A stretch of DNA of 64,000 bases. Source: Bacteroidota bacterium (GTDB lineage Bacteria; Bacteroidota; Bacteroidia; Bacteroidales; JAAUTT01). How positions within the stretch are numbered: position 1 is the stretch's first letter; each line of letters begins with the position of its first letter. The position numbers and the translations under genes were made by a program. The stretch is from contig JAIFLU010000230.1 of NCBI GenBank assembly GCA_020048915.1, positions 12,697 to 76,696 on the forward strand, in the 5' to 3' direction. The notes under the pieces were generated by a model. It made no database searches, was not told the origin of the DNA, and saw only the letters and a program-made list of their open reading frames with translations. Below are positions 59,215-64,000 of this stretch, in pieces.

Positions 59215-59650
59215 TTTCCAATAGGGTTTTAGTAGTGTTTATTTCTGCTTTGTTTCGGATTACTTCGGCTTCGCTCAGTAACCGATGATCAGCAATCGCG
59301 CTCAGTGAACGATTGCGGTCGTTGAGCGAAGTCGAAACGACCTTTGCAGGGGCATTACGAAAGTGTGTTTCATTATTACATTCAGCTAATTCGTGAAGCT
59401 TTTCATCGTACCCATTCATCAATGCCTCTTTCTTTTTTCTGCTCCACCCTTGCACCTGTTTTTCTCTATAAAATGCTTCATCTATTCTTTGAAACTCTTC
59501 GAAATAAATAAGTTTAACAGGTAAATGCTTTTTCGTAAAGTTAGCTCCTTCGCCATTCTGATGTTGTTGTATTCGCAACTCCAGATTATTGGTACTACCT
59601 GTATAATAGCGTCCATCGGAACATGCTAAAATATACATCCAACCTTTCAT
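59201..59650 (-). CDS. GIY-YIG nuclease-family protein with repeat-derived C-terminal tail
   Basis: 149 aa. The N-terminal ~90 aa is a YhbQ/Slx1-like GIY-YIG domain (WMYILACSDGRYYTGSTNNLELRIQQHQNG...REKQVQGWSRKKKEAL). The tail is encoded by the hairpin repeat at 59264-59336. Confidence 0.8.
   Translation of the reverse strand: MKGWMYILACSDGRYYTGSTNNLELRIQQHQNGEGANFTKKHLPVKLIYFEEFQRIDEAFYREKQVQGWSRKKKEALMNGYDEKLHELAECNNETHFRNAPAKVVSTSLNDRNRSLSAIADHRLLSEAEVIRNKAEINTTKTLLESDGE
59264..59336. repeat. REP-like hairpin inside the GIY-YIG ORF (same family as 57719-57768)
   Basis: 14-bp stem TTCGGCTTCGCTCA (59264-59277) / TGAGCGAAGTCGAA (59323-59336). It encloses a 7-bp hairpin GCAATCG/CGATTGC (59292-59298 / 59310-59316). 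Confidence 0.75.
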
Positions 59651-61068
59651 GATTCTTTTTCCAATAGGGTTAAAATTTCCCTTAAATCATCTACAACTGC
59701 TTCGAGTTCGGCAATAGCTTCAGTAGCTAAATCGTTAGGTTCGGGCAGACTATCGGCATCTTCAATGCTATCGTCCTTTAACCAGGTAATATCTAATTTG
59801 TAGTTTCGTTTTTTTATTTCATCTATGGTAAAGCAACGGAAACGTCCTGTTTCGCCCCATTCGGCTTCGCTCAGGGTGCGTTGCTTTATATCTTTTCCGT
59901 TGGGGTCGGTGCCATAGCATTTTTCGAAATCCTCGAAATGTTTATCGGCAAGTGGGCGGTCTTTTTTTGTAATGCCTTCGATGTTGCTGCGGTTGTCGTA
60001 AATCCAAACCCTTTCGGTAGGCAAGCCTTTTTGAAAGAAAATAACATTGGCTTTTACTCCTTGTGCATACGGGGTAAATGTGCCCCGTGGCAGGCGGATA
60101 ATGGTATGCAGGTTACAATCCTGCATGAGTATTTCGAATACTTCGCCCGCTTTGTCTTCGAACAGGACATTGTCGGGCAAAACAATCGCAGCGCGTCCGC
60201 CAGGTTTAAGCACGCTCATAATGTGTTGTACAAAATTGAGCTGTTTGTTGCTTGTTTCTATTGTAAAATCGTCACGTTCGGGAACCTGATTGGCACCTTT
60301 GGTGCCAAAGGGCGGGTTTGCCAATACCACATCGAAACGGTCGGTGGATGGGTTGTTGTAAATGGTATCGCCTAACTTTATTTTTGGTGTAACGCCATGT
60401 AAATACATATTCATTAAAGCCAAACGGCGGGGACGTGCAACCAGCTCCTGGCCGTAATAGGTATTTTCGCGGATTCGTTTCACATCTTCGCGGGGAAAAG
60501 CACCTTTGCATTCGTGCAAAAGCCATTCGTAAGCAGCAACCAAAAAGCCACCTGTACCACAAGCAGGGTCGGTGATTGTATACGAAGATTTCCCTCGCGG
60601 GTCGGGTTTCATTAAGCGAACCATGCTTTGGATTAAGGGCCGTGGTGTAAAATATTGCCCTGCACCTTTTTTGCCCTCGCTTGCTGCTTTTTCTAACAAT
60701 CCTTCAAATGCTGCACCTTTTACATCAATATCCATCGACGTCCATTCGTCTTCTTCGATTAGGTTAAGCAATTTTTTCAAACTCACCGGATTGTTGAAGC
60801 GGTTTTGTGCCTGGGTAAAAATTTCGCCCAGCAATCCTGGTTCTTTAGCCAATTCTTTCAACGAATCGGTATAATGGTCCATTAAATCGCCGCCGCTCAA
60901 ATTTTTAAGAGCTTGCCAATTGTATTTCTCGGTTAAGTGCACTTCCTTTTCATCGGCCATTTTAAGGAATAACAGAAAAGAGAGTTGCTCAATATAATCG
61001 TTATAATCAATCCCCTCGTGCCTAAGAGTGTGGCAAAAGCCCCACAGTTTGTTTACTACATCGCTCAT
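59647..61068 (-). CDS. hsdM: type I restriction-modification DNA methyltransferase HsdM
   Basis: 473 aa. HsdM N-domain (LWGFCHTLRHEG...FLLFLKMADE), SAM motif DPACGTGGF and catalytic NPPFG. Confidence 0.95.
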   Translation of the reverse strand: MSDVVNKLWGFCHTLRHEGIDYNDYIEQLSFLLFLKMADEKEVHLTEKYNWQALKNLSGGDLMDHYTDSLKELAKEPGLLGEIFTQAQNRFNNPVSLKKLLNLIEEDEWTSMDIDVKGAAFEGLLEKAASEGKKGAGQYFTPRPLIQSMVRLMKPDPRGKSSYTITDPACGTGGFLVAAYEWLLHECKGAFPREDVKRIRENTYYGQELVARPRRLALMNMYLHGVTPKIKLGDTIYNNPSTDRFDVVLANPPFGTKGANQVPERDDFTIETSNKQLNFVQHIMSVLKPGGRAAIVLPDNVLFEDKAGEVFEILMQDCNLHTIIRLPRGTFTPYAQGVKANVIFFQKGLPTERVWIYDNRSNIEGITKKDRPLADKHFEDFEKCYGTDPNGKDIKQRTLSEAEWGETGRFRCFTIDEIKKRNYKLDITWLKDDSIEDADSLPEPNDLATEAIAELEAVVDDLREILTLLEKES

Positions 61069-61910
61069 TTATTCTTTTTATTCTTTAATTGTAACGTGCT
61101 TTTTGCATTCAACGAGGTAACAACTTTTTTTCCCGTGCGTGCTTCCAATTCTTTTCTGGCAACCGCGGCTACATTACCACCCTGCTTTGCTACCTTCTTG
61201 CTTTCTTCAAAATCTTTAGGGTTTACAGCAACTGAAATATCTTTAGAAGAAGCTTCTGCAAGCATGTTTAAAATCAACTCGGTGTTGGTCATGTTATCGC
61301 GCAGGTTTTCTTTTTTCAGTCCTTTGAGAATTTTATATTCTTTTGTGGTTTTATCGGCCCATGCTTTTGTAATAATATCAGTAAGCGTTGCAAATTGCAC
61401 ACCTTCTTTCAGTCCTCTTTTTTTCCATTCATCAGTAAGTTCTTTTCTAATCTCAATACTTTTCAGGCGCTGGTTAATCCAGTTTTCAGAATAGCCCAAT
61501 TTCAGATATTGATCCAAAGCCCTGTCAATAGTTAGTTCGGGGTCTTGCATTTCGTCTAATCTTTCAGCTGCTATTTGAGCCAACCAAAGCTTAAAAGGTT
61601 CAGCCTTTGGTGATGGAATGGATTGAACTAATCTGAAAAGTTGCTCTGTATCTGCAACATCGGTCATTCGCATTTTGCCGTCTTCGGCAGGTAATTTCAA
61701 ACGGTTACAATTTGTAACCGTTTCATTTCCCTCTTTGAGAAGTCGGTGTTTTAATACTTTCCAATAATTTCTTGCCGCTTGAAAATCAGTTTGGTCAGTA
61801 AGTACTCTGATAACATCTACAATTGATAAATACCATTTCTCCTGGTCTGCATCCCAAAGGGTTCTAACTTTTTTATCTTCAAATATTTTTATTTCGTTTT
61901 GCTGTTCCAT
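61065..61910 (-). CDS. Bro-N domain / DinD-like (DNA-damage-inducible protein D family) protein
   Basis: 281 aa. N-terminal Bro-N pattern IFEDKKVRTLWDADQEKWYLSIVDVIRVLT. The C-terminal KGLKKENLRDNMTNTELILNMLAEAS resembles E. coli DinD (recalled). Confidence 0.7.
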   Translation of the reverse strand: MEQQNEIKIFEDKKVRTLWDADQEKWYLSIVDVIRVLTDQTDFQAARNYWKVLKHRLLKEGNETVTNCNRLKLPAEDGKMRMTDVADTEQLFRLVQSIPSPKAEPFKLWLAQIAAERLDEMQDPELTIDRALDQYLKLGYSENWINQRLKSIEIRKELTDEWKKRGLKEGVQFATLTDIITKAWADKTTKEYKILKGLKKENLRDNMTNTELILNMLAEASSKDISVAVNPKDFEESKKVAKQGGNVAAVARKELEARTGKKVVTSLNAKSTLQLKNKKNK

Positions 61911-61917
61911 TGCTATA

Positions 61918-62604
61918 TTATGCTGCTATCGCAATATTAATTTCGTTAATAATCTTGTTGTAATCATCAGCAAAAACTTCTTTGAATTTTGTTAATCCGC
62001 CTCTATCAGTAAATACAGGTAATTCTTTCAAATCTTCTTCATCTAATGTCATATTTTGCTTTAGATGTTCTTTGATGTATTCCATCCATTTTTGTTGTTC
62101 GTCATTCAACTTCTTGCCTGCTGTTACTTTCTCGATTGCCTGATTAACCCTTTCGGCAGCACTTAGCAATGGTTCGGTTTCTTTTGCTGCATGTTTTACC
62201 ATGCTAATAATATCGACAGTGTCTTTATGGTAAACAATTTTATGAGCCTTCTGTAAATTGGCTTCATCGTAATTGCTTTCTTTCAGTTTTTGTTTCAGTT
62301 CATTCAATACAGAGGTGTTCCATTCTTTAGGTTTGTTTAATAGAATTGCAATGGCGGCAATTTCGTTTTCTTTGCGTTTCACAAATTCAGAGAAAGCAAG
62401 CAAATAATCAACCGGCTGTAAACCATATCTTCCTTCTGCTTCAAATAAGACCATTGAGCTAACATCGTCTTTAACTTCATACCCAACAAGAAAAACCTTT
62501 TTGGCTCTTTCGTAGTCCACCAATAGTTTTTGAAACTGCTCATTTCGGAGCAATTCCATTACGCTGGTGAAGCTTTCGAATATTTGGGGTAACGATTTTG
62601 CCAT
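61918..62604 (-). CDS. HsdR C-terminal (EcoEI R_C-like) domain encoded as a separate ORF
   Basis: 228 aa resembling the C-terminal domain of EcoEI-type HsdR subunits (recalled family). Its ATG shares one base with the upstream stop (TAATG at 62602-62606). Confidence 0.6.
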   Translation of the reverse strand: MAKSLPQIFESFTSVMELLRNEQFQKLLVDYERAKKVFLVGYEVKDDVSSMVLFEAEGRYGLQPVDYLLAFSEFVKRKENEIAAIAILLNKPKEWNTSVLNELKQKLKESNYDEANLQKAHKIVYHKDTVDIISMVKHAAKETEPLLSAAERVNQAIEKVTAGKKLNDEQQKWMEYIKEHLKQNMTLDEEDLKELPVFTDRGGLTKFKEVFADDYNKIINEINIAIAA

Positions 62605-64000
62605 TATTTATACTTGTCAAAAAAATAAGCCACTTGTTCAGCAAATTGTCCCATGTCACCATTAGGAATATACGTTTCAAATTTAACACGGGCATTACCG
62701 CTCATATCTTTTTCGATGCGATGAAGACGTTTGCTTAAACGCTTAGCGTTTGCTTTACGGTCTTCGTTGTTATATATTTTTTCAATCAGTTCTTTAATTG
62801 AAATTGTTTCGGTACCGGGTGGGTCAATTTTAAAGTTGTAACTGGCATCTTTAAAATATTTAATCAAGGTTCCGTTGAAGCAATCGAAAATTACAAAGTG
62901 AGTTTTACCAATGTCGTCGCATTTTCGTGTACCTCTGCCAAGCATTTGCTCCCAAAGTATACGGGATTTTACAGGACGAAGAAACACAATATACTCTAAG
63001 GAAGGAATATCGACACCTGTACTCAGCATATCGACTGTAACCACAATTTGAGGATTTGGACGGTTGCGGAACTCTTTTATTTTTTTCAACGGACGGTCAA
63101 CTGTGGGACTACCTGTAATCTTAGCCACAAAATCATCGCCACGGTTAAAAACCGTTTTGCAAATGCTAACCAAACGGTCGGCATGAGAAATCATAGGAAT
63201 ATCGTTTGAAGCGAAAATCAACGTTTTTGGAAATCGTCCTCTTTCCTTTTCAAATTCGTCAGCATATTTTTTAAGCTCTTCAATTATTTTCTGGTTGGTG
63301 TCGGGTGCCGTAATCTTTTCTTCTATTTCTGTTGAGGTAAATTCTCTTTCGTCCTCTAATTGATCAATTTGTTCTCTTCCGGTTTCAGTATCAATCATCC
63401 CAACTTGTTCGCCTTCTTTTAAAAAAGCACCATTCATTAAAACCTCTGAATTAATAGCTACGGCATCATAATCGACCAAATAGCCTTCGTTAATGGCTTG
63501 TTGCAAAGGATAATTGAAAATAGGTTTGCCAAAATAGGCAACAGTATGAGAAGCGGGTGTAGCAGTTAAACCAATTTTTACAGCATCGAAATGATTTAAT
63601 ACATTTCGCCAAACATTGGTTTCTTTTGAAGTATAGCCACGGTGACACTCATCGGCAATTATTAAATCGAATGCGTGAGATGGAATTGAAAGTGTATCGG
63701 CATCGTCTTCGTTTTCTTCGTTATCGCCAAATGCCCCCATTTTTCCGTAAAGGTTAATTGCCATCCTTTGAATGGTGCAGATATAAAGAAACGTTTTAGT
63801 TCCGTCGGGATTGGTTAGATATGAATTTGGCAAAACGGTTGGGTCGTATGCTTCGCCTTCAAAATCGTCTTTTCTAAAACGTTGAGAATATAATTCGTAT
63901 TCGTCTTTGAACTTAATATTGCGGGGCGTATCGAATGAAGCAAAAGCTTTTACTGCCTGCGCTGCTAATGATTTTCGGTCGACTAAAAACAATATGCGCT
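62604..64000 (-). CDS. hsdR: type I restriction endonuclease HsdR, helicase portion; 5' end beyond the window
   Basis: The reading frame is open to base 64000 (..RILFLVDRKSLAAQ). SF2 motifs ADECHRG, LTATP and QMLGRGTR. The track start at 63992 is an artefact of the window edge. Confidence 0.9.
   Translation of the reverse strand, partial: RILFLVDRKSLAAQAVKAFASFDTPRNIKFKDEYELYSQRFRKDDFEGEAYDPTVLPNSYLTNPDGTKTFLYICTIQRMAINLYGKMGAFGDNEENEDDADTLSIPSHAFDLIIADECHRGYTSKETNVWRNVLNHFDAVKIGLTATPASHTVAYFGKPIFNYPLQQAINEGYLVDYDAVAINSEVLMNGAFLKEGEQVGMIDTETGREQIDQLEDEREFTSTEIEEKITAPDTNQKIIEELKKYADEFEKERGRFPKTLIFASNDIPMISHADRLVSICKTVFNRGDDFVAKITGSPTVDRPLKKIKEFRNRPNPQIVVTVDMLSTGVDIPSLEYIVFLRPVKSRILWEQMLGRGTRKCDDIGKTHFVIFDCFNGTLIKYFKDASYNFKIDPPGTETISIKELIEKIYNNEDRKANAKRLSKRLHRIEKDMSGNARVKFETYIPNGDMGQFAEQVAYFFDKYK

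Noticed and set aside
59860-59874. Solo hairpin arm (TTCGGCTTCGCTCAG) inside hsdM as evidence of a repeat insertion disrupting the gene.
   Set aside because: The hsdM frame is intact and the partner arm is absent. The match may be a chance half-site or an old, fully assimilated insertion. It is mentioned only as context for the GIY-YIG/hairpin finding.
1-64000. CRISPR array, rRNA genes, IS transposases, prophage structural genes.
   Set aside because: I saw no regularly spaced direct repeats, no rRNA-like segments and no ORF with DDE/HUH transposase or phage capsid/terminase signatures. The repeats that do exist are irregularly spaced singletons.

Overview
AT-rich chromosomal segment that looks like a Bacteroidota genome. 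Supporting marks are a gldH lipoprotein, a T9SS C-terminal sorting domain, a propeller-type hybrid sensor kinase and TAnnTTTG-type promoter boxes. I support about 57 protein-coding genes and one tRNA-Ser(CGA). I saw no rRNA, no CRISPR array and no recognisable transposase or catalytic integrase.

Layout:
- 1-36 kb is mostly core and metabolic. It holds trmB, gldH, a PSP1 protein, gltX, a CotH/MFS/GH63-like/GH2 beta-mannosidase group, ada, RidA/DsrE/ACT small proteins, a 1260-aa hybrid histidine kinase and a GAF-PP2C phosphatase. It also holds efp, tsaB, a TolC plus adaptor pair, a DEAD-box helicase and tRNA-Ser.
- 36.4-44.2 kb holds a tightly coupled membrane/AAA+ module of unknown function: a small membrane protein, two RDD proteins, a SpoIIM-like protein, DUF4129, DUF4350, MoxR and DUF58. 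This is my best candidate for an uncharacterised system.
- 44-53 kb holds esterases, an orphan histidine kinase, a run of hypothetical exported or membrane proteins and EamA transporters.
- 53-64 kb is accessory and defence-like. It holds a HepT/MNT toxin-antitoxin pair, a CPBP (Abi-family) protease and an ABC-2 exporter. It also holds a type I restriction-modification operon with a split hsdR and two embedded accessory genes (DinD/Bro-N-like and GIY-YIG).

This last region is punctuated by three kinds of non-coding repeats: a three-copy intergenic element, a composite palindrome and REP-like hairpins. One of the hairpins is read through as the C-terminal tail of the GIY-YIG ORF.

All family names come from motif recognition by eye and need HMM or BLAST confirmation.
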